A DNA stretch of 64,000 nt from an uncultured delta proteobacterium (GTDB taxonomy: Bacteria > Desulfobacterota > Binatia > UBA9968): assembly GCA_963745835.1 (NCBI GenBank), contig CAVUZH010000003.1, positions 1,376,001 to 1,440,000 on the forward strand, given 5' to 3'. Both the position numbers and the translations under genes were made by a program. A model generated the notes under the pieces. The model was not told where the DNA came from, did no database searches, and was given only the letters and a program-made list of their open reading frames with translations. Shown one piece after another: positions 20,213 through 30,559 of the stretch (the stretch's first letter is position 1; each line of letters starts with the position of its first letter).

Positions 20213-20246
20213 AATGAAACTCAAGTATCACGGAGGAGAATCAAAA

Positions 20247-21284
20247 GTGCTGACCATCGATGCTGATGCCCACGTAGTTGAGAGTGAACGAACCTGGGAC
20301 TATTTGGAAGGTAGCGACAAACGTTATAGGCCGGTGCCCATTACCGCCGACATGCCTCAGGATAAGAGAAAAAACTTCTGGATTATCGGTGGCCGCCTGA
20401 TTGGAGGGCGCGATAATATCGGCAAGGATACTTCTCAGGAGTCTCGAGAAATGGCCGACATTGAGGCGCGACTAAAGCACATGGACGAGATCGGCACTGG
20501 GATTCAGGTGCTCTACCCTACTCTATTTCTCCGTCCGTGGACGGACCAACCGGAAATCGAGGTAGCACTGAGTCGCTCTTATAATCGTTGGCTCGCGGAC
20601 ATCTGGTATAAAGCCAAGGGTCGATTGCGTTGGGCTGTGCATTTACCTTTGATGACGATGGACAAAGCGCTGGACGAGCTTCGCTGGGCCTCCGGAAACG
20701 GCGCGTGCGCTGTTTTTATGCGCTGTCTGGAAACCACTCATAGGTTGCACGATCCCTACTTCTTTCCCTTATACGAGGAAGCAAGCCGGCTCAACATGCC
20801 CATCGGCATTCACTCAGGGGTGGGAAACTTCGCGGTCTCCGAAGCTTTCGGCGTTGATCCTTTTCGCGAAGCCAAGCTCGGCGTGATTGGCGCTTTTCAC
20901 GCTATGATCATGCGCGGCATCCCGGAACGTTTTCCGCGTCTCCGCATCGGTGCCATCGAAGTTTCCGCACAATGGATTCCGTACGTGGTCCATGACATCA
21001 ACCTGCGTTTGCCGAAGTTTCTCGGCAAAGAGGCCAATCCCGATGTGCTGCGCAACAGCAGTCAATTGTTTGTTGCCTGCCAGACCGATGATGACCTGCC
21101 TTACATACTGAAGTATTCCGGTGAAAATAGCCTGATGATCGGCTCTGATTACGGCCACGCCGATAATGCCAGCGAGTTGCTGGCTTTGACTCGACTTAAA
21201 GCCAAGGGTGAAATCGATCCCCAGGTGATCGATAAAATCCTTTATGACAATCCAGCGCGGTTCTACGGCTTGTCGATTAATTGA
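20247..21284 (+). CDS. Amidohydrolase_2 family protein
   Basis: IDADAHVVE, PIGIH, GSDYGH, KILYDNPARFY; GTG start after GGAGGA. Confidence 0.9.
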   Translation: MLTIDADAHVVESERTWDYLEGSDKRYRPVPITADMPQDKRKNFWIIGGRLIGGRDNIGKDTSQESREMADIEARLKHMDEIGTGIQVLYPTLFLRPWTDQPEIEVALSRSYNRWLADIWYKAKGRLRWAVHLPLMTMDKALDELRWASGNGACAVFMRCLETTHRLHDPYFFPLYEEASRLNMPIGIHSGVGNFAVSEAFGVDPFREAKLGVIGAFHAMIMRGIPERFPRLRIGAIEVSAQWIPYVVHDINLRLPKFLGKEANPDVLRNSSQLFVACQTDDDLPYILKYSGENSLMIGSDYGHADNASELLALTRLKAKGEIDPQVIDKILYDNPARFYGLSIN

Positions 21285-21326
21285 GTTTCCATGTAAGAAA
21301 GACGCTGCGGCCCGCGCGGAGACAAC

Positions 21327-21764
21327 TCACTTCATCGGACGAAACTTCGGCAAGGTATAGCCTTCGTTGTCCTCGTAGACCACTTCCACCGGCATGCCGA
21401 TCTTCACTTGATCGGGCGCGCAATCGATGACGTTGCTGATCAAGCGCGGCCCTTCGTCAAGATCCACCAACGAAACATTGTAAGGCACCTTGTCCTCATA
21501 GGACGGGTGCCAGGCGCGGCAATAGGTGACGAACGAATACACTTTGCCTTTGCCGCTGAGCTGAACCCAGTCGTACTCCGGAGAAAGACAAAGGGGGCAG
21601 GAACCCTGAGGCGGATAGCTAAAAAGTTTGCCGCATACGCGGCAGCGCTGCGCCGTCAATTTGTGCTCACTCAGACTAGCCCAGAACGGCTTGGCTTCCG
21701 GTTCCTGGAGGAACGGTTCTACTTTAGGGACGGCTCGCCCGCGGTGGTCTTTTGTCTCGCTCAT
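21327..21764 (-). CDS. DUF35 Zn-ribbon/OB-fold protein (thiolase partner)
   Basis: PFW, CRVC...CPLC, GKVYSF, VDLDEGPR, IGMPV motifs. Confidence 0.9.
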   Translation of the reverse strand: MSETKDHRGRAVPKVEPFLQEPEAKPFWASLSEHKLTAQRCRVCGKLFSYPPQGSCPLCLSPEYDWVQLSGKGKVYSFVTYCRAWHPSYEDKVPYNVSLVDLDEGPRLISNVIDCAPDQVKIGMPVEVVYEDNEGYTLPKFRPMK

Positions 21765-22915
21765 AATGCCCCCAAAATCAGACTAGCGTGCATGCATAGG
21801 CTGCCGCCATGGCCGCTGACGATACCAAGTTTGGCATCTTTTACCTGACGCTCCGGTTCGACTTCATTGCCGCGAAGCTGTCGCGCCGCTTCGGTGACGT
21901 GCAGCATGCCTTCGATATGCGCCTGCGATAACAGGCCGCCGTGGGTGTTCACCGGAAGCTCGCCGCCGACTTCGATGCGGCCGTTTTTGACAAAGTCCTT
22001 GCCTTCGCCTTTTTTGCAGAAACCATAATCTTCCAGGGTGATCATCGTGGTGATCGTGAAGCAGTCATAGATTTCGGCGAAGTTCATTTCTCCGGGTGTG
22101 AGTCCGGCCATCTTGTACGCCAGTTCGGATGACTTTTTGCCGCCGAGAGTCGTCAAACTGGGAGCATCCATCAGGCTAAAATGTGGATGATGTTGTCCCA
22201 TTCCTAAAATCGCCACCGGCCGTTTGGGATAATCGCGGGCGCGTTCAGCGCTGGTGACCAGAACCGCGCCGCCTCCGTCGGACTCCAGCGCGCAGTCGAA
22301 AAGGCGTAGTGGATCGACGATGTAGCGTGATGCCTGGTGATCGGCGATGGTCATGGCTTTTCTCATCGTTGCGTTTCCGTTCAGACAAGCGTGCTTGCGC
22401 GTTGCCACTGCGACATGGGCGAGATCTTCGCTGGTAGTGCCGAAGTCGTGCATATGGCGCTGCGCGGCAAAGGCGTGATTGGCGACGGCCGAGAAATGGC
22501 CCCAAGGTTCCTCCCAATGTTCGTCGCCGTGGCGAATCGGGTTGCCCGGCGACGGATCGGGAGTGGCGCGTTTACGCGCGTGCACGCACATGACCGTGTT
22601 GGCCATGCCCGCTTCGATTGCCATGACCGCGTTCTGGACCATCGCGATCGGGGTCGCGCCACCAAGAGCCAGGTCGGTGGCATAGGTCGGGCTCATGCGC
22701 GCCATATTCGCCATGCGCACGGCGTAACTACGGTGCGCGTCGTTGAGCGGTTGATTGGTAATGAAGCCGTCGACCTCAGAGGCTTTGATCCCGGCATCGT
22801 CGAGGCAAGCCTTGATGCATTCGAGATGAAGCGAATGCGTGCTCGCCTCCGGTCGCTTACCGACTTTAGTTTCGCCAACCCCGACAATGGCGTACCGGCC
22901 GCTAATATGTCCCAT
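21761..22915 (-). CDS. Thiolase-fold lipid-transfer/SCP-x (Ltp2-like) protein
   Basis: AIVGVGE, LFDCALESDGG, EIYDCF, NTHGGLL; no canonical nucleophile Cys (LGGATP); overlaps the DUF35 gene by 4 nt. Confidence 0.85.
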   Translation of the reverse strand: MGHISGRYAIVGVGETKVGKRPEASTHSLHLECIKACLDDAGIKASEVDGFITNQPLNDAHRSYAVRMANMARMSPTYATDLALGGATPIAMVQNAVMAIEAGMANTVMCVHARKRATPDPSPGNPIRHGDEHWEEPWGHFSAVANHAFAAQRHMHDFGTTSEDLAHVAVATRKHACLNGNATMRKAMTIADHQASRYIVDPLRLFDCALESDGGGAVLVTSAERARDYPKRPVAILGMGQHHPHFSLMDAPSLTTLGGKKSSELAYKMAGLTPGEMNFAEIYDCFTITTMITLEDYGFCKKGEGKDFVKNGRIEVGGELPVNTHGGLLSQAHIEGMLHVTEAARQLRGNEVEPERQVKDAKLGIVSGHGGSLCMHASLILGAL

Positions 22916-23243
22916 GGTTCCTCCGAACAGATGATAGTCAAGACTTACGGGTCGTGAGGCATTGCTCATTGATCCCAGCGCTCCATCACTCCATACTCCA
23001 GCCGGCCAGGATTTCCAACTGATTTACGTAAAATAACGCAATCGTAAAAGGATAGCGTCTCGTGTTCACCACGTTGAAGAGGATTCGGAAAATCATGACT
23101 GACTGCCCGCAATACGCCTTAGATGTGATAGATCGGTAGGTCCAAGTCTCACGACAATTTTGGGACTAGCGCGGGTCTCAGGTTCTTAAGCGGTGCGGGA
23201 CAGCGTCATGGACGTTCTGAGCCGCCAACGGATGACACCTGAA

Positions 23244-23375
23244 TCATTTGGCCGATGGGTGATTCAGCGTTCCTGCTTCCGGAGCCTCTTTCTTTTTCTT
23301 GAAATACTCTCGCTTAGCAAGCCGAGTCGCATGCCGCTTACGGCGTTGCAAGTTGCGTTTAGCATTCTGTTTCAT
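23244..23375 (-). CDS. Small basic protein (43 aa), not in the ORF track
   Basis: MKQNAKRNLQRRKRHATRLAKREYFKKKKEAPEAGTLNHPSAK*; GGAGGT 5 nt upstream. Confidence 0.5.
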   Translation of the reverse strand: MKQNAKRNLQRRKRHATRLAKREYFKKKKEAPEAGTLNHPSAK

Positions 23376-23584
23376 GTCGTACCTCCATCTTCGTGCATCT
23401 TTTATTTATGTGCTATTTACAGTTGGCTCTCGATGGCAGTCAAAGCCGTTGTCACAGAGACGAATTCAGACCAAACAGTTCACACAATAGCCGGTGCAGC
23501 GAGCGGCGGCAACCGAAGCGTTCTGATAACACCGCATAGGATTTGCTGTAGCGTGTGGGAAGACGGTTGGCGACGCAACAACGC

Positions 23585-24277
23585 CTAGACAAGCCGTAAC
23601 TGCGCATCTGAGATCGGATTGATGCAATCCGAGGAGTCGAATTCAGGCTTATTAACCAGCGGCGAAACATCGTGAGACTCCATCAGCTCCGAAGGAAACG
23701 GCGCAAGCACCGCCGCGATATCTGCATCGCGCGTGCTGAGCCGCGGATCCAGCCACTGCCTCGCCTGCAGCGGATCGAAGATCACCGGCATTCGGTTGTG
23801 AATACGGCGCAGCAAGGCATTGGGCGCTGTCGTTATAATTGTGAAGCTGTGGAGTATCTCCCCTTCCACATCCCGCCACACATCCCAAAGGCCGGCGAAC
23901 GCGAACGGCTCTTTTTTCTTCAGATGAAACCAAACAGGCACTTTGCCGCTTCCCTCACGGCGCCACTCGTAAAAGCCGTCCGCGGGGATCAGGCAGCGGC
24001 GGCTTTCGACCAGCCGGCGAAAGCTCGGCTTTTCCGTTAGGCTGTCGGCGCGCGCATTGATCATTCGGTTCGCAATCGATCGATCCGGCGCCCATGACGG
24101 GACCAAACCCCAGCGCATGATCTTGAGTTCGTTCTTGCCCCCGTTCTGAATAATGACAGGCACTTCCTGCGAAGGCGCAATATTATAACGGCGACGAAGC
24201 AGCGGCAGATCACTCTGGAGTTTATAGCGAACTTTGATTTCTCGAAATTCGAAAGAAGCCGTAAAGCGTCCACACAT
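23585..24277 (-). CDS. SOS response-associated peptidase (SRAP/YedK, abasic-site processing)
   Basis: N-terminal MCGRF, YNIAPSQ, INARAD, GFYEW, IHNRMPV. Confidence 0.95.
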   Translation of the reverse strand: MCGRFTASFEFREIKVRYKLQSDLPLLRRRYNIAPSQEVPVIIQNGGKNELKIMRWGLVPSWAPDRSIANRMINARADSLTEKPSFRRLVESRRCLIPADGFYEWRREGSGKVPVWFHLKKKEPFAFAGLWDVWRDVEGEILHSFTIITTAPNALLRRIHNRMPVIFDPLQARQWLDPRLSTRDADIAAVLAPFPSELMESHDVSPLVNKPEFDSSDCINPISDAQLRLV

Positions 24278-24381
24278 AATAGCGGTCATCTATAGCACGC
24301 ATAGCGAGATCTTTCATCAACGCAGGAGATTGTTTAAGCTCTCTACATAGGATCCTAGACGGCAGACAATGGAGAGCTCAC

Positions 24382-24543
24382 ATGGTTACAGCAGATAGTA
24401 AGTGTCCAAAATGCGGGAATGGCATCATGAAACTGTTTCCTGAAACAAAGCCTCTGATTCCGGAACCCGAGCAGAGCGAGCTGCGCGCCCGCTGCACCGT
24501 TTGCAATTACGAGGATACGGTTACGATTCGATCCGACGATTAG
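24382..24543 (+). CDS. Small Zn-ribbon protein (53 aa), not in the ORF track
   Basis: MVTADSKCPKCGNG...RCTVCNYED...*; GGAG RBS. Confidence 0.55.
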   Translation: MVTADSKCPKCGNGIMKLFPETKPLIPEPEQSELRARCTVCNYEDTVTIRSDD

Positions 24544-25484
24544 AAGAGAACCATCTGCCAAATGATTCTTTGCATTCCTACCCAGCCCGCTGCAGCTCGA
24601 CTAAGACGGTGTCCCAAAGGAGTGAAGCTTATACTGGCGAAGAAATGACTTAGATCTTCTAGGCCACGGGTTTTGTCAACTTAGTCAATACGACGCCGCA
24701 CGAGTGGCGAGATCCTGTGGAAGAACTTCCATCTAAGGCTACTTCAGTACAAGAGATGACGGCTTTACCGGCATCATGTTTGCGCCAAAGCTGCTTCAGT
24801 AATAGTGCCTAGAGGAGTGACTTCGATGGAATCGCCGCGACAGAAGAATGGCGGTGTGGGCGATGAAACTATATGCCCCTTCAGCGCTAAGACGGAAGAA
24901 AACCCCAATATGAGGATCTGTGATTTGGAACCCTATATTGAGCAAGAACAGAAAGTCTTTAGAATTAAAGAAACAGCGCGGTCTTGTAATCGGCGGCGCA
25001 TGCTTAGAATTTATCTTCCATCATTACCGCTCAAGTAGATCGATAGTGAATACGACCCCAAATAAGTGGATTGACGAATGTTCAAGCTCCCAGAGTGGCC
25101 CCTTTTTAGAGTCAAATGTTTGCTCTGCCGTCATACAAATTGTCCGGCGTGTCGCGAGGTGTCATTTTCCATATTAGCATGTTGTCAATGCCGAGCTAGA
25201 TTCTTCGAACGTCTTAAAAGATTCATACGAGCACCAAAGCAGCAATGGTAACAAAAAAGATGGATTTACTATGTCGTGGACAGCGAGAAATAAAGCCCCT
25301 ATCGTTGGAGACACGTCGTCGCTATTCCAGGCTGTTTTCGAGTTCGCGTATCGTACTGAATTATTAAAACCGGACTTCCAAAGCGGAACGCCGTGGTTGT
25401 GCAAGAAGGATGTCTTCGAGTTTGAGAGAAGGCTTTCTCTCTTTGCAGCCCTAGGGTCGTGCCGATCCACCTATGCGTGGATCC

Positions 25485-26504
25485 TTACATACCGGACGTT
25501 TTATCTCGCACCAGGCGCTGAACGAAACATTGGCTGTCCCGTGACTCGTGAACACTCTGGCCGCAAGTGACTTTGCCCTTGAGCAAACCCGGTGCGGGGA
25601 ATGCGTCTGCTGTGTTATTCCCCTTATCGGGACAGAAACGTGCCCAATCTGTGATCATCTGGCACTGGTTCAAGTTGCCACCGTTCTTGATTACTGGAAT
25701 TAAGTAGCACCGGTTAGGGTCAGCTTTGAACATAGGCTTTAGGTGCTCATTAAAGATCGTTGCGTTGACACCATTGGCGATATTTCCACAGTAACCGACA
25801 TCGATTGCCGGCTGGCCTGCGCACAGGGGCAACTTCTCAAAAAGGGCCCGGACCTCATCGGTGCTTGCGTTAGTTATCTGGTAAGTTTCCCAGCCGGCAT
25901 TCCCTTTACCTCCGGTACGTAAGTCAAGCGTTGTATCCATACCGCAGATACCTTCCACGACGACTATGGGTAGTGCTGGAAGGGCTTGGTTCACAGCAAC
26001 CGCGCTGACGCTCACATTAGCGGTGCCTTCTGTGGCTTGACCGAACAAATTGAGGAGAGGAGTTAAGAACAGCGGAGACTTCATGGATTCCCCTGCAGAG
26101 CCCCCGTGAGGATTTTTATTCTCTAACGCAACCCGAGCTCCGTTAGCATTGGCGATGTTGACGCCTGAGGTGACAAATTCCCCAGTAGCGTTATCATACT
26201 TCACCAGCGTTACGTTCTGCTGATCAATGCTATTATTGGGACTGTCTAAATAATTGTTCCCGGTACCGGGATTAGTCCCGCCCGGATTAAACTTGGCCGC
26301 CCGGTTCGTGACGGTTGACCAGTTCCCGCTTGGTATTGCAGAAGCCGCCGCCAGAGCCGCCGCATCCACCGCCGGCTGCCCCTGCGATCTGACATAGGCG
26401 AGGTGCCCGGTATCTAACGCCATGCCGACCATGATCAGGAGCAAAACGATCATTACCGTGACGAAAATAAGCGCATAACCTCGTTCATTCGTTACAGCCT
26501 TCAT
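25485..26504 (-). CDS. TadG-like Flp pilus assembly protein
   Basis: ERGYALIF prepilin-like start, TM helix, GMALDTG...QPAVDAAALAAA motif; Cys-rich C-terminus. Confidence 0.85.
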   Translation of the reverse strand: MKAVTNERGYALIFVTVMIVLLLIMVGMALDTGHLAYVRSQGQPAVDAAALAAASAIPSGNWSTVTNRAAKFNPGGTNPGTGNNYLDSPNNSIDQQNVTLVKYDNATGEFVTSGVNIANANGARVALENKNPHGGSAGESMKSPLFLTPLLNLFGQATEGTANVSVSAVAVNQALPALPIVVVEGICGMDTTLDLRTGGKGNAGWETYQITNASTDEVRALFEKLPLCAGQPAIDVGYCGNIANGVNATIFNEHLKPMFKADPNRCYLIPVIKNGGNLNQCQMITDWARFCPDKGNNTADAFPAPGLLKGKVTCGQSVHESRDSQCFVQRLVRDKTSGM

Positions 26505-26519
26505 CGCACCCTCCCCAAT

Positions 26520-27038
26520 TTAGGCAGAATATGGTCCGAACGTGGTGGCATTCGTGCAGTAATTGTTATTCATATAGGGCTGATATTTGTAGTGCATCTG
26601 CGTGGTCCGAGAGATGGTAGCGGAGTCTGGAGCGTTACCGCCAAACAACCTTAATAACTGATACATAAAGAAGTTATACTGACCTTGTGCAGTCACCTCG
26701 AGAAATTCCATACAGCCCGTGCCTTTGTAAAATGTCACCGTCACCGTTTTGTTGGTTAGATATGCCGGCAACCGGCTCAGAACCTCTGTTTTGACGGTAT
26801 TCGCTTCAGCGGAACTGAAGACTAGATTTGTACTCGGCCCACTTTTTTGGAGTCCGCTACCGATTCGAGCCCCCTCCCGAGCCGCAGTCTGAGTAAGATT
26901 TGCTACGAAAAAAGAAACGCCGAAATCAACGGGTATATAAAGTGCGATCAGTATCAGCGGAGTTATGAGCGCGATCTCTACGATACTTTGACCGCTTTCA
27001 TTTTTTTGTTTTACTTTAGTTTCGTCGCCCGAGTTCAT
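26520..27038 (-). CDS. TadE/TadF-like pseudopilin
   Basis: GQSIVEIALITP...DFG...AAREGAR. Confidence 0.9.
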   Translation of the reverse strand: MNSGDETKVKQKNESGQSIVEIALITPLILIALYIPVDFGVSFFVANLTQTAAREGARIGSGLQKSGPSTNLVFSSAEANTVKTEVLSRLPAYLTNKTVTVTFYKGTGCMEFLEVTAQGQYNFFMYQLLRLFGGNAPDSATISRTTQMHYKYQPYMNNNYCTNATTFGPYSA

Positions 27039-27082
27039 TGATTTGCCTCCTATCTGTCAGGACGCTTCGATCGCAACGCAAA

Positions 27083-27586
27083 TTAACACCCCGCCTGACC
27101 CTCCCACCGCATGCGCGTTTCACGAGTTATTGCTGTATTGCTTAGGTCTCCAGAAGCCCCGAACCACCGTAAGAGTTGATAGAAGAAGAAGTTGTAAGTC
27201 CCGGATACCGTGACCGTCACCATTCGGTTGCAGTTTGTGCCGGTATTAGGATCTAAATCCAGGGTGATGGTAGCAGCTGGAAGGAGCGCCGACGAAAGCC
27301 TGGCTGCCGTTTCCTTGAAGATATTTCCCGTACAAGAAGGCATGACGCAGCTAGCTGTTCCGCTTACGAGCGTCGGATCGGCAGCCGCAATTCTGGCTCC
27401 TTCGCGTGCCGCGTTTTGAGCAAGCTGCCCGGTATAGAACGCAAGTCCAAAGTCTGCCGGTATCCAGGCAACGATCAGCAGAATTAGAAATGTGAGCGTG
27501 AACTCAACAGCAGCTTGGCCGGAGGAACGAAGCAATTTAAGTAAAGGATTTCGGCTAACATGCAGCGGGTATAAACCTGATGGCAT
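27083..27586 (-). CDS. TadE/TadF-like pseudopilin
   Basis: GQAAVEFTL...DFG...NAAREGAR; start uncertain (ATG 27586 after GGGAG; ORF track 27661). Confidence 0.88.
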   Translation of the reverse strand: MPSGLYPLHVSRNPLLKLLRSSGQAAVEFTLTFLILLIVAWIPADFGLAFYTGQLAQNAAREGARIAAADPTLVSGTASCVMPSCTGNIFKETAARLSSALLPAATITLDLDPNTGTNCNRMVTVTVSGTYNFFFYQLLRWFGASGDLSNTAITRETRMRWEGQAGC

Positions 27587-28236
27587 CCATCGACTCCCTT
27601 CAGCTTCAAATTTTGCTCTTTGGCCAACTGCAAATGATGCAACGCTGCAAAATTGCGACAATCAATTGCTAGTTTCAGACCATGACAAATCGCTGTCAAA
27701 ACCGGTACTTTGATTGACACTGTTGTCACTGTCGCGTTCCGATTCGCATATAACGAGTAGCAGACGAACAAAATTGGTCGATTGCGCGGATGTGGAACTG
27801 GTGAGAGAACTCTATCGCAACAGCCCACCTGAGTGATGATCGCGTGGATCAGAGATCCGGCACAAATGAGCTGAGACGAAAGCGCAACCAACGGCGTCTT
27901 TTAGTTGTCTGATGCGAAGTGCCTGACGCTTTAACTGCCTCCGGAGAGACCTCGATTTCGTCGCACTAGAAAAAGAGCAGCGAAGCTAAATTCATCAGGC
28001 AGCGCAAGTCAGATGTATTCTGGTGAAAGATTCTCTTGTTGTACATTGCTGGCAGCAGTAGTGTGGTTTTGAGCAGTCCTCAGCGATTGGTGGCTTCTGA
28101 AATCTCGCAATAGACTGCCCTGCATTGCGTTCAGGCTTGCGAAGCATAATCCATGACAGCCAATACATCGCCGCAAGCGCGAGATAGGCACTTTGCCATA
28201 ACGGTAATTCCCGCTAGGCGGGTAATTCTTTTGCGA

Positions 28237-28581
28237 CTAACAGTTCTCGAATCTTACGCTGGAGGTCCACAAGACGGCTTGACAATCCGTTACAGCCTGC
28301 GTCCAACACGACTTGAGATCCTCAGAACGAACCAGTGCGGTCGTTGCCAAGATAGGTATGTCTTTCGTTTCTCGGGAGGCGCGGAGCGCCCTCGCCACTT
28401 CCCAGCCGTCCATCACCGGCATCATCATGTTCATTAAGATCAAGTCTGGCTTATCTTGGTTAGCCTTTTCAACACCGGCTTTGCCGTCACTCGCCAGAAC
28501 AGGAAGGTAGCCGGTTATTTGTACTCTTAGGGCCAATAGATCGCGCATATCCGAGTTATCTTCTACGATCAAAATCTTCAT
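28237..28581 (-). CDS. Single-domain receiver (CheY-like), atypical and 3'-frameshifted
   Basis: KILIVEDN, PDLILMNMMMPVMDG (phospho-Asp replaced by Asn), IPILATTA; the AGCNG..VKP segment is out of frame near 28300. Confidence 0.7.
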   Translation of the reverse strand: MKILIVEDNSDMRDLLALRVQITGYLPVLASDGKAGVEKANQDKPDLILMNMMMPVMDGWEVARALRASRETKDIPILATTALVRSEDLKSCWTQAVTDCQAVLWTSSVRFENC

Positions 28582-28950
28582 TATCCCTCCCCGTATTTCG
28601 AATTTGACTACTTCATTGAAGCAACGCGGCGCCGGAAAGAAGAGAATCCTCATGTAGTTCCAAGCTGCGCTTCTTCGCTGGGCTATTAACGAGAGCCACC
28701 TTTGCCCTCAGTTTCTAGAGGACAGCCAATAACTCTGGAGAAATTCGGCACGGGTGGAGGTCTATCTCTGCGGGCGCGATGGCAACTTTGCCTGTTAACT
28801 CAGAGCGATCTCACTCATCGGGTTTATTCGTAGGCCGTATTGGTGAATCGACGGAACGCTATTAGACAAACATCAACAACGCAACGGGCATGCTCAGTGC
28901 TCTAATGAATCGAATGGCAACAAAGATAATGCTCAGATAGGAGATACATA

Positions 28951-29307
28951 ATGAATATCATCTCAAAAGTCTCGATGGGCAAGGCGAGTTTGTTCACGAC
29001 CTACTGGTTTATCTTCTTTCCGATTGCCTTTGTGATCAAACTCGCTGACAAAGCCGGAGCCGGAGGCGAGCAGCTGCTCATCATTCTGCTGATCCCTTTC
29101 CTTTGGTCGCTATATGGCGTCTGGAGATGTGCCTTCAATGTCCGACATTCGATGTGGGGTTATATCGCCAGAGGGTTAATGGTCGTCAACGTTCTAATCT
29201 TCTTTGGGGTTTTCTTTGCCAGCATGGCTAATGAGATCCGCAAGCCGCAGCCGGCAAAGGCCGAGGACTTACGGCAGCGCGACTATATCATAGGAACGTC
29301 CTTGTGA
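28951..29307 (+). CDS. Hypothetical membrane protein (3 TM)
   Basis: Three hydrophobic segments, WSLYGVWRCA..WGYIAR; AGGAG RBS. Confidence 0.7.
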   Translation: MNIISKVSMGKASLFTTYWFIFFPIAFVIKLADKAGAGGEQLLIILLIPFLWSLYGVWRCAFNVRHSMWGYIARGLMVVNVLIFFGVFFASMANEIRKPQPAKAEDLRQRDYIIGTSL

Positions 29308-29521
29308 CTTCATGGAGATGGACGGCGCCATTTAAACTCCGGTTACAGTCCCATTCTCAGGGAACTCAAACACGTACTCCTAGATCTCGGAAGATCGTCC
29401 ATTCCTCACCTAAGCTTAGCGCTTGTCGCCCACGGCGCGTATTGTACGTTGAAATCCCCGGCTGATTGCAAAAGCCTCAATCAATTCTGGATTTTGAATT
29501 TTCGTTTTTAAATTTGGTCGA

Positions 29522-30559
29522 TCACCGGATTACCTTATCTGCTCTTGCGAGAACCTCCGGCGGGATGATCACGCCGATCTGCTTCGCGGTCTTTAGATTA
29601 ACGACGAGTTCGAACTTCGTCGGCTGCTCGACCGGCAGCTCGGCCGGTTTGGCACCCTTGAGTATTTTGTCAATCATCGCCGCGACACGCTTGAAGGCTT
29701 CGGTCTCATCGGCCCCGTAGGACATCAACCCACCGTTGTCCACAAAGTCCTCGCGATAATAGATTGCCGGCAGACGATACTTTGCTGCCAGGTCGATGAT
29801 CCGTTTTTGGATGGCGCTTGTTTGAGACAAGCGGTGCCGGGTTACTGAAAGAGCCGTGCTTCCCGCTTTGACCGCCTCTTTGAAGCCGCTCTCGTAGTTT
29901 TCGCTGCTGCCAATCTCCATTGAATGAATTTGCAGCCCAAGTTGCCGCGCAGCTCGCTGGCTTTCGGCCCACTGAGGCTCGCTACTTCCAGAGCTTGGGT
30001 ACCATAAGACAGCGACGCGCGAGAGTTTGGCTATGGATTCCTTGAGTGCTTCCACTCGTTTCCCTGCCAAGACATCCGCCAGGGAATAAAATCCCGTCGT
30101 GTTTCCTCCCGGCCGCGCCACACTGGCAACCAAGCCGCGTGCAACTGGATCGAAAGGAGTATCAGTAAAGACAATCGGGATTGTTTTTGTAGCCTTCTTG
30201 GCGGCCAGACCGTCATTTGGACCGCCCGCAACGATGACATCGACTTTAAGGCGCACCAGCTCATCCGCCAAACCAGGAAGCCGCTCGGGCTTCTCTTCCG
30301 CATAGCGGCGCTCGAAGACAATGTTCTTACCCTCTACGTAACCGAGTTCCCGCAGTTCCCGTCGTAGTGCCTCGATGCCGAATGTACTGGAAGATGATCC
30401 CCCGCTGAGTCTTCCTATACGATAAATTTTTCCCTCTTGCTGCGCGTTCGCATAAGGGCATAGCACAAAGAGCAAACCCATCAGTGCCAGACAATAAACT
30501 TCTCGCCTTTGTGATCTTTCGATCCAGAATCGACAATCCAAAATCGAAAATCGCTTCAC
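29522..30559 (-). CDS. ABC transporter substrate-binding protein (ABC_sub_bind/COG2984), array member 21
   Basis: LGYVEGKN, ARPGGNx[17 protein letters not shown]...[19 protein letters not shown]. Confidence 0.9.
   Translation of the reverse strand: MKRFSILDCRFWIERSQRREVYCLALMGLLFVLCPYANAQQEGKIYRIGRLSGGSSSSTFGIEALRRELRELGYVEGKNIVFERRYAEEKPERLPGLADELVRLKVDVIVAGGPNDGLAAKKATKTIPIVFTDTPFDPVARGLVASVARPGGNTTGFYSLADVLAGKRVEALKESIAKLSRVAVLWYPSSGSSEPQWAESQRAARQLGLQIHSMEIGSSENYESGFKEAVKAGSTALSVTRHRLSQTSAIQKRIIDLAAKYRLPAIYYREDFVDNGGLMSYGADETEAFKRVAAMIDKILKGAKPAELPVEQPTKFELVVNLKTAKQIGVIIPPEVLARADKVIR

Noticed and set aside
22980-23000. CTCCATCA-CTCCATA-CTCCA short repeat upstream of the thiolase
   Set aside because: Too short and isolated to assign, though it may belong to the same class of periodic tracts.
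24805-25470. Several short overlapping ORFs between the Zn-ribbon gene and tadG
   Set aside because: No recognisable motifs; likely decayed or non-coding DNA.
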